64,000 nucleotides of DNA, from NCBI RefSeq assembly GCF_016433145.1, contig NC_058135.1, positions 291,979,442 to 292,043,441 of the forward strand, written 5' to 3'. The notes below the pieces were generated by a model, which worked only from the letters and a program-made list of their open reading frames with translations, did no database searches and had not been told where the DNA came from. Position numbers and translations under genes: made by a program. Within the stretch, counting starts at the first letter, position 1, and the number at the start of each line of letters is the position of its first letter. Of this stretch, positions 38,031 to 50,762 are shown piece after piece. This stretch comes from Gracilinanus agilis. Taxonomy: Eukaryota.

Positions 38031-38444
38031 CCAAGGAGCTACTTTGACAGCGCAGGCCAGCCAAGATGAAGATCCAGAGTAGGATCCAAGTCATTGGGTA
38101 ATAAAAGGAAGGAATGGATACTGAGGAGGTGGAGCTGGAGAAATACATGGGAAGGGGGCAGGAGGAGTGAACTAGAAGAGCTGGGGATAGCTCTGGGGCT
38201 GCAAATCTGGATGACTAGAAGAATGAAACTGCCCAAGCCAACAGAGGGGAGTAAGAGGAGGGAGAAAGATAATCAGTTGTTTTAACACTGCAAATTTTAA
38301 ATGCTTACAGTAGGACATCCAGAGTGATGCTAGCCAGCAGAGGGGGAGATGTGAAAGGAGTTTAGGACAGAGATGAGGGCTGCATGTATAGATTATCTAC
38401 ATAGAGATGATAACTGAATCTGCAGAGGACATGTGTCTGTGTGT

Positions 38445-38595
38445 TTTGGGGAAAGACAGATGGAGAGAGGAAGGAGGAAGATGGACAGTTGAGGGAAAGA
38501 GATAAAGAGTGAGAGGAAGGAAGGAAGGAAGAAGGAAGGAGGGAGAGAGGAAAGACGAAAGAAAGGAAAGAGGAAGGGAGAGGGAGAGAGAGAGT
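38445..38595. repeat. (GGAA/GAGA) purine-rich low-complexity tract
   Basis: gaggaaggaaggaaggaagaaggaaggagggagagagg... Confidence 0.85.
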
Positions 38596-39049
38596 GCACG
38601 CACATCAAAAAAAATGCAAACACCAGTGCCACAAGGAAAGCATGTGTAAGGGGAAGTGGGGGGTGGCCATTGGTGTCAAATGCTGTAGAAAGCTGAAAAA
38701 GGATGAAGCCTGAGAAAGGTCACTGGACTTAGAAATAAAGAGATCATTGTGACCACAGAGACAACTCCTTCAGTTGCATGGTGGGGGATGGAGTCAAGAG
38801 GTGGACTTAGGGCCTGACCACCAGGAAGGAGAGGGAATTGAGCTGGGTCAAACAATCCAAAGAGGTCAAGAAGGCTAAAAGGCCTACTGATTTGGCCAAG
38901 GACAAACTGCTGGGAAGCTTGTAGAGAGTAGTTTTTATTAAGTGGGAAGGCTAGAGATCCAAGCAGGAGGTACTGATACACAAATACAAGTAATTTTTTC
39001 TAGGAGTTGGGCTGTGAAATCCTTGGCTGACCAGGACCCTTAGGTCATC

Positions 39050-39200
39050 TAGCCTTATCTTCTCATTTTACAGATGAGGAAACTGAGACCTGGGAAATAA
39101 AGTCATGTTCCTTTAGGTTGGAGAGCTGGCCAGTGACAGAACTACAACCAGAACTTGGGCCTGCTGACCCAATCCAGGACTCTTCCCACTCTACTGGAGA
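39050..39200 (-). mobile_element. MIR SINE
   Basis: ctcattttacagatgaggaaactgagacc. Confidence 0.8.
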
Positions 39201-39589
39201 AAAGTCAAGTTTGTCCATTTTTCATCATGCAAAGAAAACTGCAGAGAGCCAAGTTCTACAGTTGCTCTTAGAAATTAATTTCTCTTCTTTCCCTTTATGA
39301 TACTCCAACAAACGTCCATAAAGCCTCAAGTCCCAGTCATCTGCAGCAGCAACATGCCCAAGCAAAGGATCCTGGCTAGTGATGGTCTTAACACATCTAT
39401 TCCTTATTACTCTGGTTCTTCTCCCAGGTAAATTTAACTGAAACCAATCAATTGGCTTGTCTTCTAGTTGTTTCTTAATCATTTCTAAAACCCAGAACCA
39501 TGCTAACTACCTTCCAGAAGATGAGCACAAAAGAAGGTAATTTCTGTCACCATTGCATATACAAAGATTTTTCATTTATTCATCTTTCT

Positions 39590-39776
39590 TTTTTTTTTTT
39601 AAAACCCTTAACTTCTGTGTATTGGCTCCTTGGTGAAAGAATGGTAAGGGTGGGCAATGGGGGTCAAGTGACTTGCCCAGGGTCACACAGTTGGGAAGTG
39701 TCCGAGGCCAGATTTGAACCTAGGACCTCCCGTCTCTAGGCCTGACTCTCAATCCACTGAGCCACCCAGCTGCCCC
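39590..39776 (-). mobile_element. SINE1_Mdo-type SINE, young
   Basis: 17 bp perfect TSD catttattcatctttct at 39573-39589 and 39777-39793. Confidence 0.97.
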
Positions 39777-40759
39777 CATTTATTCATCTTTCTAATTAAA
39801 CAATTCAACGCATCTTTTACTTGGGTTAATATGAAACAAGTGACAAAGGTTTAACTTAAAATCCTAATAATATAGCTAGCTTAATTAATAAAGATTCAGA
39901 AATCGCAGGAGATGCTATATAAACTAAATTTTCTTTATTGAACAGATGACAACTTGTTAATTCAATGAAAGACAAGAGGCTATTATTTAATAATCTGTGA
40001 CTTATCAATAACTCTTTTCTTCAAGACCAAGAGTAATGAGCAATTCTATGAGTGACCATATTGTCTAGAGCCACCAAACTAGATAGTATTGATGGCAGTG
40101 TATCTAAAGTAGCAACAGTCCAGGACCAGTGTTTACTGACCCATCTTCCTTGTACCTTTTGGTTAATTCCTCCAATCTGTTTTTTATTAAAGATAAGAGA
40201 TGTGGGGAGAAAGAATGTACAGGCTAGGTAGGGACCAAGAGCTCCCTTGAAGGCTGTCCTCCCCAGACCTCACTCATCTTACAATTCCTAAGTTGTCTCT
40301 GAAGAGTACATAACAGGATGGCATCCATGAGGATGCTGGAAATTCTTCCTCAACATTTTTTAACAAATGAGGTAGGAAGAAGAAATGGAAAGAGTAACAA
40401 TGGAATATCAAACTGAAAATAATTGAAGTCACCAGACTACACAGTTTAAACCTATCATCTTTCATCTTAAAAGATAACCCTGAGTTCTAAGGGTTAACAA
40501 ATCAAGGTGTTAACAAATTACAGCAGGAGGCCATCAAAAGAACCACGGCAAAACACAGAGTTTTCTGATACGTGAAAGCCCCATAACTGAGAATAAACAT
40601 ATACAGGCGTAATTGATTTGCTGACAACAAGGAATACATTAGCTAATTTATGGATATGAATTACAAAAAAAAATGTAGACAATTATTTCAGTCACAATCT
40701 AAAGAATTTATTTTACTATGAAAACAGGTTGGTATCAAATGTGTATGGATAGATTCCAG

Positions 40760-41220
40760 AAGCAAGCCAAAAGAGTAGGCTACTTTTTTGAAAAAACTGA
40801 TGATATCAACTACTGGGTTAAAAACTCTTTTAATGAAAATTGTTAGGAAAACTAGAAAGTAGTATGGCAGAAATTGAGAGTCAGATCAACCTCTTACACC
40901 ATATACCACAATAAACTCCAAATCAATATATGAATTAAATATGAAAGGTCCCAAAAAATAGAGGAAAGGGAGTGCTTTGCACAATCACAATGAAAAGTCT
41001 TAATTAAGCAAGAGATGATAATAATGACAAAACGAACAATTTTGATCATATAATATAAAATAATTTTTATATGACAAAGCCAAGCATTAAATAAGAAACC
41101 ATTATTTGGCAGGGAAAATCTTTATGGCAAATATTAGTGATTAAAGGTTGATATACATATTTATACAAATGCATAATAGAAGGCAATAGTGGTTAAATAA
41201 TATGCAGGCGGATTTCATAA
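40760..41220 (+). mobile_element. Old L1 ORF2 fragment
   Basis: ctcttacaccatataccacaataaactccaaat resembles the L1 LTPYTKINSKW region. Confidence 0.55.
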
Positions 41221-41524
41221 GAGAGTATCTAATTCATTCAATCTCTCCAAATCACAAGAAAAGAACTGCTGTCCCAAGGTGAGGAGGGAATTCCTTGCTC
41301 CAGTCACACAGGTAGTAAGCAGATGAGCCTGTACTTGAACTTGATTGGGATCACTAAACAGTCACAGAATCCACTTTTAAATATACATTCTATCACGCTA
41401 AGCCCAAACTGAGTAAAAAAATCAGCAGAGCAGTCACTGCATCTTGTCCTTCCCTGTCTCAGTTTCACAAGGGAAAAAAGGATCACAAGGAAAACACTAC
41501 TTGCTTTAAAGAGACCCAGGTCCA

Positions 41525-41720
41525 AGAGGCAGCTGGGTAGCTCAGTGGAGTGAGAGTCAGGCCTAGAGACGGGAGGTCCTGGGTTCAAACCCGGCCTCGG
41601 ACACTTCCCAGCTGTGTGACCCTGGGCAAGTCACTTGACCCCCATGGCCCACCCTTACCACTCTTCTACCTATGAGACAATACACTGAAGTTAAGGGTCT
41701 TAAAAAAAAAAAAAAAAAAA
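41525..41720 (+). mobile_element. SINE1_Mdo-type SINE, young
   Basis: Long poly-A; 17 bp perfect TSD aaagagacccaggtcca at 41508-41524 and 41721-41737. Confidence 0.97.
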
Positions 41721-41974
41721 AAAGAGACCCAGGTCCATAGATGCCTTCACTGCTGATTCTCGGGTGACTTTTTCAGGAAGGAATGCCAACAACTATATAA
41801 TATCTAGAAGGCTAGATCCAGGAAGACAACTACAAAACGTTCTATAAGCAAAGATAGAAAAGATTGTTGTAATGTCGGACAAAGAAAGTCCAAATTCTTA
41901 AGTGTGCATTAATGAGGATTTTAAGGACTCTGGAAACATATAGGAAGTAGTGTTGGAGAATAGCTCAGTTACAG

Positions 41975-42150
41975 TGTTAGTACAGTAGAAAGAGCTCTGG
42001 ATTGGAATTGCTGGAGGCAGATTCAGATCCCAGATCTTTCACTCACTTCCTGTGTGGCCTTAAGCAAACCTCTCCATCTCCTGAGGCCTCAGTTTCTTCC
42101 TCTATAAAATGAGAGGGTTGGACTAGGGGGGCCCTCTAAGGTCCCTTGCA
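41975..42150 (+). mobile_element. MIR SINE
   Basis: gtacagtagaaagagctctggatt...ggcctcagtttcttcctctataaaatgagagggttggactag...ctctaaggtccc. Confidence 0.8.
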
Positions 42151-42329
42151 TTCGCTACTGCATTTGCTTTAACTCACTGAGAGCTATTTCTTGTATCTTC
42201 CTTTCCTGAGTGGTTTAGACACCATGGGGTCAAACCCAAAAGAGAAAAGAGGGTCGGTCTCTTGTCCACAGGGAAGCATCTCAGTAGTAAAGACTGTGTT
42301 TCAAAATGGGATTCTATCTATACTTCTTT

Positions 42330-43560
42330 CTGTGACTTGAAGTATTTTCTTCTTGACATAGGTGCTCTCAAATGTGATTAAAATATTCCTGGTTTCATTT
42401 TGGGATCTCTTTCAGGAGGTGTTCAATAGATTCCTTCCATCTCAATTTTACCCTCTGGTTCTAAGAGATTAGGGCAATTTTCCTTCATAATTTCTTGAAA
42501 TATGATATCTACACTTTTTTAAATCATAGCTTTCAGAAAGTCCAGTAATTCTTAAATTATCTCTCCTTGATCTACTTTCTAAGGCAGCTATTTTCCCAAA
42601 GAGCTATTTCACATTTTCTTCTATTTGTTTATTCTTTTGAATTTAATTATTTCTTGATTCTGGTGGGGTCATTAACTTCCATTGACTAATGCCAACTTAT
42701 AAGCAACTATATTTTTCAGTTAGTTTTTATATCTCCTTTTCCATTTAGCTAATTCTGCTTTTTAAGGCATTTTCTCCCCATGAATTTGTGTGCTCTTAAA
42801 AACTATTTTTAAAGGAGTTATTTTGATATTTTTGGTGCCTCTTTTACCAACCTTTTAATTTGCTTTTCCTAATTTTCTTGAATCACTCATTTCTTTTCCT
42901 AATTTTTCCCCTTCTACCACTCTTATCTCTTTAGCTCTTCTAAGAATTTATGTTGGGCTTGTGCCCAATTTGTATTTTTCTTTGAAGCTTTACTTGTAGC
43001 TGCTTCTGCACTGTTGTCATCATCTGAGTTTGCACCTTGGTCTTCCCTGTCACTACAGTAGTTTTTTATGGTGAGGCTCTTTTCTTGTTGTTTGATCTTT
43101 TCCCCAGCCTATTTTGAACTTTGAACTCCCTTCGTTCAAAGGTGGGCAGGCACTGTCCTAAGCTTTAAGTTTTCCCCCAAACTGCTATTTTCAGGGCTAG
43201 TTCTAGGGGTGGGAGGTGAGGTCTATAAGTTTTTGGTGCTTCCAAGATAATATGGTCACTTCTCTCTCGTCTTTGCTCTGGTCTCTACCCAGAAAGGTCA
43301 CCTGGCTCCCCTGTAGTAAAATGTGCTAGTGCTCCTCTTTGTCCTGGAACATCTCTAGGATGAGTTCCAGAAGTCTCTGTTGCTGCTGGCCCCCTCCTTG
43401 GTGTCACAGACTTCTCTTTTCAACCTCATAGGTTGTCTTGGGTTGGAAAAATATCTCACTTTAATCTTGGGTTGGCTATACCACTCCAGAATTCAATTTG
43501 ATGCATTACCCTAAAGTTGTCTGGGGAAGGAAGAGAGAATGCTAGGGGAACTTCACCTGA
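42330..43560 (-). mobile_element. Decayed L1 5' UTR/ORF1 fragment
   Basis: gggcaatttccttcataatttcttgaaatatg and ccagtaattcttaaattatctctccttgatcta are typical reverse L1 ORF1 segments. Confidence 0.8.
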
Positions 43561-44179
43561 GGTGCTGCTTCTATTTTACCACCTTGGCTCTACCCCACTT
43601 CCCTTTACATTTGTTAAAACAGCATAAGTAATATCTATTCTCAAAGGAGAAAAATATTTGGCAAACATTGGAACTCAAAAAGTCCCTCCCTTCTTTGCAG
43701 AGCTGTAGAGGACTTTAAATGTGAGACACTGCATGCACTGTGGGATCCAGCTGATGTGTGCTTTTTCTGTCTTTGTTGTTACAAGGAATGATTTGCAGAT
43801 CAAGGCAAAAAAAAAAGGGGGGGATAAATAGACAGCTCTCACACTATGTAAATTCACATCATTCAACTTTGACTTTACAGAATGACTTCTGAAAGAGATC
43901 TGCATTCCAAAAAAGTACCTATGTTAACTTTAATGTACAGTATTATGCTCCCTCCCTGCTCCCGCTTCTCAGCTTGGTGCTCCATAGCCTTCAGCCAAAA
44001 ATAAACAAGCAAATGAAACTTTAAAAAAAAAAAAAGAAAGGAAAAGAAAACCTCTAAGTGAAAGCAGAAGAATGAACCTCCTGCCCTGAGAGGAGACCTC
44101 TGCTCCACTCTATTTGCCTGCCTGTTCAGCCCGTTTATCGGTCTTCTGTCAGGACTCAGTTATTGTATGTCTTAACCCT

Positions 44180-44344
44180 CCAACCAGCTATGTGACTCTG
44201 AGCAAGTCACTTCATGAACTGTTTGCCTCAGTTTCCTCTGCTGTAAAATGAGGCTAATAATAGCCCCTACCCTCCAGGGTTCTTGTGAGGATCAAACACT
44301 TGGCATAGAGTAGGCACTATATAAATGTTAGCTACCACTATTAC

Positions 44345-44375
<31 letters not shown>

Positions 44376-44376
44376 T
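44180..44376 (+). mobile_element. MIR/MAR1-type SINE ending in (TTA)n
   Basis: ctgagcaagtcactt...cctcagtttcctctgctgtaaaatgagg...tgtgaggatcaaa...tattattatta. Confidence 0.85.
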
Positions 44377-44964
44377 CCCACTCATTGCATCAGCTCTATT
44401 TACAACATCCTAATTCCATAATGTCTCTTTGTTAACTCCCTTCTGACTTGTTTCTTAGTAAGCTATAAACTTTGTTCATCACCAAACTTCAAGGTAATAA
44501 TGATGCTTTTTTTTGTCCAAGGGAGCAGGGATGGCTGTCTCTTCAGGAACCTGCACGCCAATCTGGTATCATCTGAGATGGTTGGCTTGCCAGCTCCAAA
44601 GGCTACTCAGCATCAGACCTCCAAAATACTCAGAAAGAACCCCACAAAGCAAACATGCAAAACTAGCTTCCCTTTGACCATATTTAAAGTTTACTAATGA
44701 ATAATGAAAAAACACCAACCATAGATATCTAAAAGGTAGAAGCCCCAAGAACTCTGAGGGGCTGTCAAGGCATTGCCTTACACTGACCTGATTATCACTG
44801 CTGTCTGAAGAAGCATTTTACTGAATGGTCTTTCTGAAAGTACCTCCCCCTATGCCCAGGAACTTCTAAAAGCTGGTCTTTAGCTTCTTCTAGTAGATCT
44901 GGAACATGACCTTTATGCTGAGATAATGGAACTGAATTACAGTACAGAAATACTAGAGGCAGCT

Positions 44965-45180
44965 AGAAAGCACAGTGAGTAAAGCACTGGCCCTGGAGTC
45001 TGGAAAATCTGAGTTCTAATCCTATCTCAGACACTTAACAGCTGTGTAATTGTGCAAATTACTTAACCTCTGTCCACCACAGTTTTCTCACCTACAAAAT
45101 GGGACAATCATAGCACCTACTCATAGGGTTTTTGTGAAAAACAAATTAATTCACATATGTAAAGTTAGTTAGTAAAGGTG
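44965..45180 (+). mobile_element. MAR1-type SINE
   Basis: ggcagctagaaagcacagtgagtaaagcactggccctggagtctgg...ctcagacactta. Confidence 0.8.
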
Positions 45181-45525
45181 GGTACATAAGGACAAATTAG
45201 AGGCCTTTCCAGTAAGTTTAGGGTAAAGCAAGTATGTTTATCATCACTGGTACTATTACTATAGAGCTAGAAATGCCAGGTATTGCAATAAGAAACTGTG
45301 GGAATTAGTATAGATGTAGAGGACCCACAATTGTAATTTTCCGTAGCTGATTTAAGTTTCCTTAAAGAATCTCAGAGAATCAACTTAAACAATTAAACAG
45401 CCTCTCCAAAGTTCTGAGATCTAGAGAATTAATCTAGAGAAATTATCATTTCTGTATACTGCCAACAAAACCCAGCAAAAAGAGACAGGAAGCAAAATTC
45501 CATTTAAAATAACTATGGGGGATGG

Positions 45526-45730
45526 GGGAGACAGCTGGGTGGTTCAGAGGATTGAGAGTCAGGCCTAGAGATGGGAGGTCCTAAGTTCAAATCTGGCCTC
45601 AGACACTTCCCAGCTGTGTGACCCTGGGCAAGTCACTTAACCCCCATTGCCTAGTCCTTACTGCTCTTCTGCCTTGGAACAAATATATATAGTATTGGTT
45701 CCAAGACAAAAGGTAAGGGTTTTAAAAAAA
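45526..45730 (+). mobile_element. SINE1_Mdo-type SINE nested in L1
   Basis: Full body; flanked by taaaataacta on both sides. Confidence 0.92.
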
Positions 45731-46039
45731 CAAATAAAATAACTACTGGCAGTATAAAATACTTGGGTGTATACTTGCCAAGATGCACACAGGCACTATA
45801 TGAAAACAACTACAAAATGCTCCATATAGAAATAAAGCCTAAATCAATGAAGAAATAATTAATTTCATTGGCTCATGGTCTACTCTATATTGGCTCTGAG
45901 CCAATAGAGTAAAAACAACAATGTTACTAAATGAATTTACTTATTTGGTGTCATGCCAAAAATACCAAGGTTTTTAGAATTAGAAGATGAATAATTAAAT
46001 TCATTTGGAGGAACAAAAGGTTAAGAAAGAATCACAAGG

Positions 46040-46705
46040 TGTGTAAATGGAATTAGCTCACCCCCCATTCATAGTTAAACTCTAGCCACCAGAGATAACG
46101 TCTCCCCACCTTCCTTAGTGGGGAGGGGAGATGAGTTACCCACATGCGACAATAAGTAACAAATCAAGAACAAGGGACAGCCCTTTGGGCAGCCCAAAAC
46201 AGTGTTGAGGCTGCCATTTGTCCACTTGAATGAGAGGTGGACCTCCAGGAAGTGGGGAAAGCTGCTGTCCTTCAAGTATGATGGTAACTTCCTGTTGAGA
46301 GCAGTTGGCACTTGAATTTGGTGTAGAAGGAGGTGAGACCTCAGACAGCTTCCCCTCAGAACTGTCACGTGGGTAAGTTAGGCTGACTCCCTTTCACCTC
46401 TATGAGTTTCCAGAGTCTCTGCCTCAAGGAAGCTATTTTGCCTCTCTAATTGCTAAGGCCTTGTGGCTAGTAGCCTGGTTCAATTAATCTCTTAACTCTC
46501 ACCAGGTCCGGACCAGAGTTTTTTTCTCTCTTTCCCTACCTTCAACCTTCCTAGTTGTAAATAAACAACCATAAAAGCCATCCTGACTTGGGTCTATTTT
46601 TAATTATAGAATCAATCTAGATCTGATTGATTCCTGGCAACCACACCATAAAAACATATACACACAAATATACAAATAAATAAATATCTGATTTCCCTTC
46701 TTACA
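46040..46705 (+). mobile_element. Solo LTR, 666 bp (ERV1/gamma-like by TSD length)
   Basis: TG...CA termini, 4 bp TSD AAGG (46036-46039 and 46706-46709), internal AATAAA at 46560-46565, L1 sequence on both sides. Confidence 0.8.
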
Positions 46706-47280
46706 AAGGGGAATAATGGGGGGGAAAGTGTGAAGAAAAAGAGCCCCAGAAACAGTAATCATCAGAAGAATTTCATCCTGGTTAAGAACAAGAGGAATAG
46801 ATTTGGTCCATGACATACATAAGCAAATGAACACAGTAGTCCAGCTTCTGATAAGCCTAAAGACCTCAGCTACTTTGGTAAGAAACTGCTGACACATCAG
46901 GTATGGACCAACACCTCAACCTGTAACCAAGATAAGCTGCAAATAGATATGTGATTTAGGCATAACAAATTAGGGAAGAAAGGAAATAATCACATTTCAT
47001 ATCTATAGATGGGGAAATGAGTGACCAGACAAGGGGCAGAAGGGAGCCCAGAAAATCAAATTAACAATTTTAATTGCATAAAATTTATAAGGTTTTATAC
47101 AAACAAAACCAAAAATAGTTCAAGTTAGAAGGGAAATAGGTAACTGGGAAAAAAATTCTTTGCAGTTTCTTTAATAAGAATTTTATTTCCAAGATGTACA
47201 AAAGAGTGATTCACATTTACCAGAATAAAAGCCATTCCTCAAATAATTAATGGCCAAAGGCTACGGAGAGAGCTATCTCT

Positions 47281-47462
47281 CTTTCTTTCTACCTTCAGGT
47301 TCTATCTTTGAATCAATACAATAAGGAAGAAGAGTGGTAAGGGCAAGGCAGTGAACCTTAAAGTTAAGTGTCTTGCCCAGGGTCACACAGCCAAGGAAGC
47401 ATCTGAGGCCAAATTTAAACCCAGGACCTCCTGACTCCACTGGCTCTTTATCCAGCTGCCCC
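47281..47462 (-). mobile_element. SINE1_Mdo-type SINE
   Basis: gaagagtggtaagggc...cttgcccagggtcacacagc...aacccaggacctcctgactcc. Confidence 0.88.
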
Positions 47463-48764
47463 ACCAGGCAGTTTTCTAAGGAAGAGATCCAAATTATCAA
47501 TAACTACATGAAAAAATGCGCCAAATCATTAGTATTTAGAAAAGTGAAATTTAGATTCCATTTCATACCCATCAGACTGACAAAGTTAACAAAAAAGAAA
47601 AATGATAAATGTCAAAGGGACTGTGGAAAAACAGGAACATTAGTACATTGTTGGTGGAACTGTGAATTCATCTAGCCACTCCAAAAGCAATCTGCAACTA
47701 AGCCAGGCTTGAATCCCAAAGAATTCAAATAAAAAAGAAAAAGACCCATGTGCATGTGGTGGCAAAGAACTGGAAACTAAGAGAGCACCCATCAACTGGG
47801 CAGATGACTAGAGTGGAACATTACTGTACTGTAAGAAATGACACAGAAGCTGAAATGACCTAGAAATCTGGAAGACCTGTACAAGCTGAAGCAGAGGGAA
47901 GTGAGCAGAACCAGGAGAACAATGTCCACAACAACACTATAAAGACAAAGACTTTGAAGGATGTTAAGAACTCTGATCAACACAAAAGCCACCCATGATT
48001 CCAGAGGCCCAATGATGGCATGGGGGTTCAGAATGATGGTTGTTTTGGAGGGATGTGTGAAAGAAGATTCACCAAGCAATGTAGATGGGAAGGAAGGAAA
48101 GTCTAGTAGGGTGATAGCCTAGGAAAGAACAGGGGTGTATGTATGTGGGGGTGTGTCTGAGGCCACCGTATGGACAAAGAATAAGGTGAAGGCTGGCAAG
48201 GCAGAGGATGAAGGGGTGAATTAGTGGGTGACGGCAAGATCAAAGACATGATGACCACCTATTTTTGAATGTGGCTGAGGTGCAGAGGAGGGTTAGATCA
48301 TGGGAAGTGAGGAGGTTGCGGAATTGAAATTGAGCTATTTGAAGGAGTCACTATGTCCCCTAGTATAAAGGCAAGAGTTGAGAAGAAAGGAAAAACTTGA
48401 ACAAGGTACTGAACTCAGGGAGGAAAGAGGCAGCTTTTGGAAGGTCAGTAGACAATGGCCACTAGGATTAGAGAGAGATACAGACTGAATGAACCTCAAA
48501 GGAGGGCGGATGGATGATGGTGGTGTAGAGGAAAACCTCAAGTGTGAATGGGGAGTTAAGGCATTCCAACACATCCACTAGGACCAGCAAGTCCCAAGAG
48601 ACTAAGTGAAAATATGGCCAAGGCTCAGGGAGAACTACAAAATGAGCCAAATGGGAAAGTAGAAAATTTGGGGTGAAAGCTAAGTTTCTGCCTGCAGAGT
48701 AGGGTTCCAGAGAACATGGTGCAGGGCGTGGTAGCTTGAGAGCCATCAGAAAGAGGGAATTTGG

Positions 48765-49756
48765 CCCCCAATCAATAAATGGGCAAGGGACATGAATAGG
48801 CGATTTTCAGACAAAGAAATCAAAACTATTGATAAAAACACGAAAAAGTGTTCTAAATCTCTAATAATTAGAGAAATGCAAATCAAAACAACTCTGAGGT
48901 ATCACCTCACACCTAGCAGACTGGCTAAAATGAAAGAAGGGGAGAGTAATGAATGCTGGAGGGGATGTGGCCAAATTGGGATATTAATGCATTGCTGGTG
49001 GAGCTGTGAACTGATCCAACCATTCTGGCTGGCAATTTGGAACTATGCTCAAGGGCTATAAAAGACTGCCTGCCCTTTGATCCAGCCATACCATTGTTGG
49101 ATTTGTACCCCAAAGAGATCATAGATAAACAGACATGTACAAAAATATTTATAGCTGCGCTTTTTGTGGTGGCAAAAAACTGGAAAAGGAGGGTATGTCC
49201 TTCAATTGGGGAATGGCTGAACAAATTGTTGTATATGCTGGTGATGGAATACTATTGTGCTCAAAGGAATAATAAACTGGAGGAATTCCATGTGAACTGG
49301 AATGACCTCCAGGAACTGACACAGAGTGAAAGGAGCAGAACCAGAAGAACATTGTACACAGAGACCGATACACTGTGGTACAATCTAACATAATGGACTT
49401 CTGTACTAGCAGCAATGCAATGACCCAGGACAATTCTGAGGGATTTATGGTAAAGAACACTACCCACATTCAGAGGAAGGACTGCAGGAGAGGAAACATA
49501 GAAGAAAAACAACTGCTTGAACGCATGGGTTGAGGTGGACATGATTGGGATTGTAGACTCGAAACTACCACACCAATGCAACTACCAACAATTTAGAAAT
49601 AGGTCTTGATTAAGGACACATGATAAAACCAGTGGAAATGCGCATCAGCTATGTGGGGGTGGGGGGGTGGGAAGGATGTGGGAGGGATGAAGGGGAAAGT
49701 AAGAGCATGAATCATGTAACCATGTCAAAAATGAATATTAATAAATGTTTAAAAAA
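48765..49756 (+). mobile_element. L1_Mdo-type LINE 3' end (ORF2 C-terminus plus 3' UTR), young-looking
   Basis: ORF 48792-49061 ([31 protein letters not shown]) is the L1 ORF2 cysteine-rich end; 3' UTR and A tail end at about 49756. Confidence 0.95.
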
Positions 49757-49944
49757 AACTCTGAGGTATCACCTCACACCTAGCAGACTGGCTAAAATGA
49801 AAGAAGGGGAGAATAATGAATGCTGGAGGGGATGTGGCAAAATTGGGACATTAATGCATTGCTGGTGGAGTTGTGAATTGATCCAACCATTCTGGATGGC
49901 AATTTGGAGCTATGCCCAAAGGGCTTTAAAAGACTATCTGCCTT

Positions 49945-50067
49945 CCCAGCTGTGTGACCCTGGGCAAGTCACTTGACCCCCATTGCCTACCCTTACCAAT
50001 CTTCCACCTATAAGTCAATACACAGAAGTTAAGGGTTTAAAATTTAAAAGAAAAAAGAAAAAAGAAA
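49945..50067 (+). mobile_element. 5'-truncated SINE1_Mdo-type SINE nested in L1
   Basis: 17 bp perfect TSD aaaagactatctgcctt at 49928-49944 and 50068-50084. Confidence 0.95.
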
Positions 50068-50575
50068 AAAAGACTATCTGCCTTTTGATCCAGTCATAGC
50101 ACTGCTAAGTTTGTACCCCAAAGAGATAATAAGGAAAAAGACTTGTTCAAAAATATTTATAGCCACACTCTTTGTGGTGGCAAAAAATTAGAATACGAGG
50201 GGATGCCCTTCAATTGCGGAATGGCTGAACAAATTGTGGTATATGCTGGTGTTGGAATACTATTGTGCTCAAAGTAATAAAGAACTGGAGGAATTCCATG
50301 TGAACTGGAAAGACCTCCAGGAATGGATGCAGAGTGAAAGGAGCAGACCAGGAGAACAATGTACACAGAGGTTGATACACTGTGGTACAATCGAACATAA
50401 CGGACTTCTCTACTAGCAGCCATGCAAGAATCCAGAGCAAGGCTGAGGGACTAGCCATTCAGAGGAAGAACTGTGGGAGGAGAAACACAGAGGAAAAACA
50501 ACTGCTTGAACACATGGGCTGATGGGGATATTATTGGGGATATAATGGGGATATAAAAAGATGAAGACAGTAAAC

Positions 50576-50762
50576 CAGTGGTTCCCAAACTTTTTTGGCC
50601 TACTGCCCTTTCCAGAAAAAATATTACTTAGCCCCCTGGAAATTAAATTTTTAAAATTTTAATAGCAATTAATAAGAAAATAAATGCACCTGTGGCCATC
50701 ACTGCTCCTGGATCACTGCAGCACCCACCAGGGGGTGGTAGCGCCCACTTTGGGAATCACTG
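50576..50762. mobile_element. hAT (Charlie-type) MITE, 187 bp
   Basis: TIRs cagtggttcccaaa / tttgggaatcactg (13 of 14 match); 8 bp flanks cagtaaac / cactaaag; interrupts an L1 3' UTR. Confidence 0.88.

Larger units (their letters stand above)
37385..38900 (-). mobile_element. L2 LINE fragments (3' tail at left) with a nested SINE and a purine-rich tract
   Basis: caaccaacaagcaatc...ctactgtgtgttaggcatggtactggg...ccctcaaggagcttatattcta is the L2 tail in reverse; further L2-like pieces extend to about 38900. Confidence 0.6.
45400..48060 (+). mobile_element. Old L1 ORF2/3' fragments interrupted by two SINEs and a solo LTR
   Basis: aaatacttgggtgtatacttgccaagatgcacacagg...gaaaacaactacaaaa, and later acattgttggtggaactgtgaatt; boundaries approximate. 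Confidence 0.75.

Noticed and set aside
42205-42330. Possible fourth hAT fragment (tagacaccatggggtcaaacccaaa)
   Set aside because: Only one degenerate end is visible; no matching TIR or TSD.
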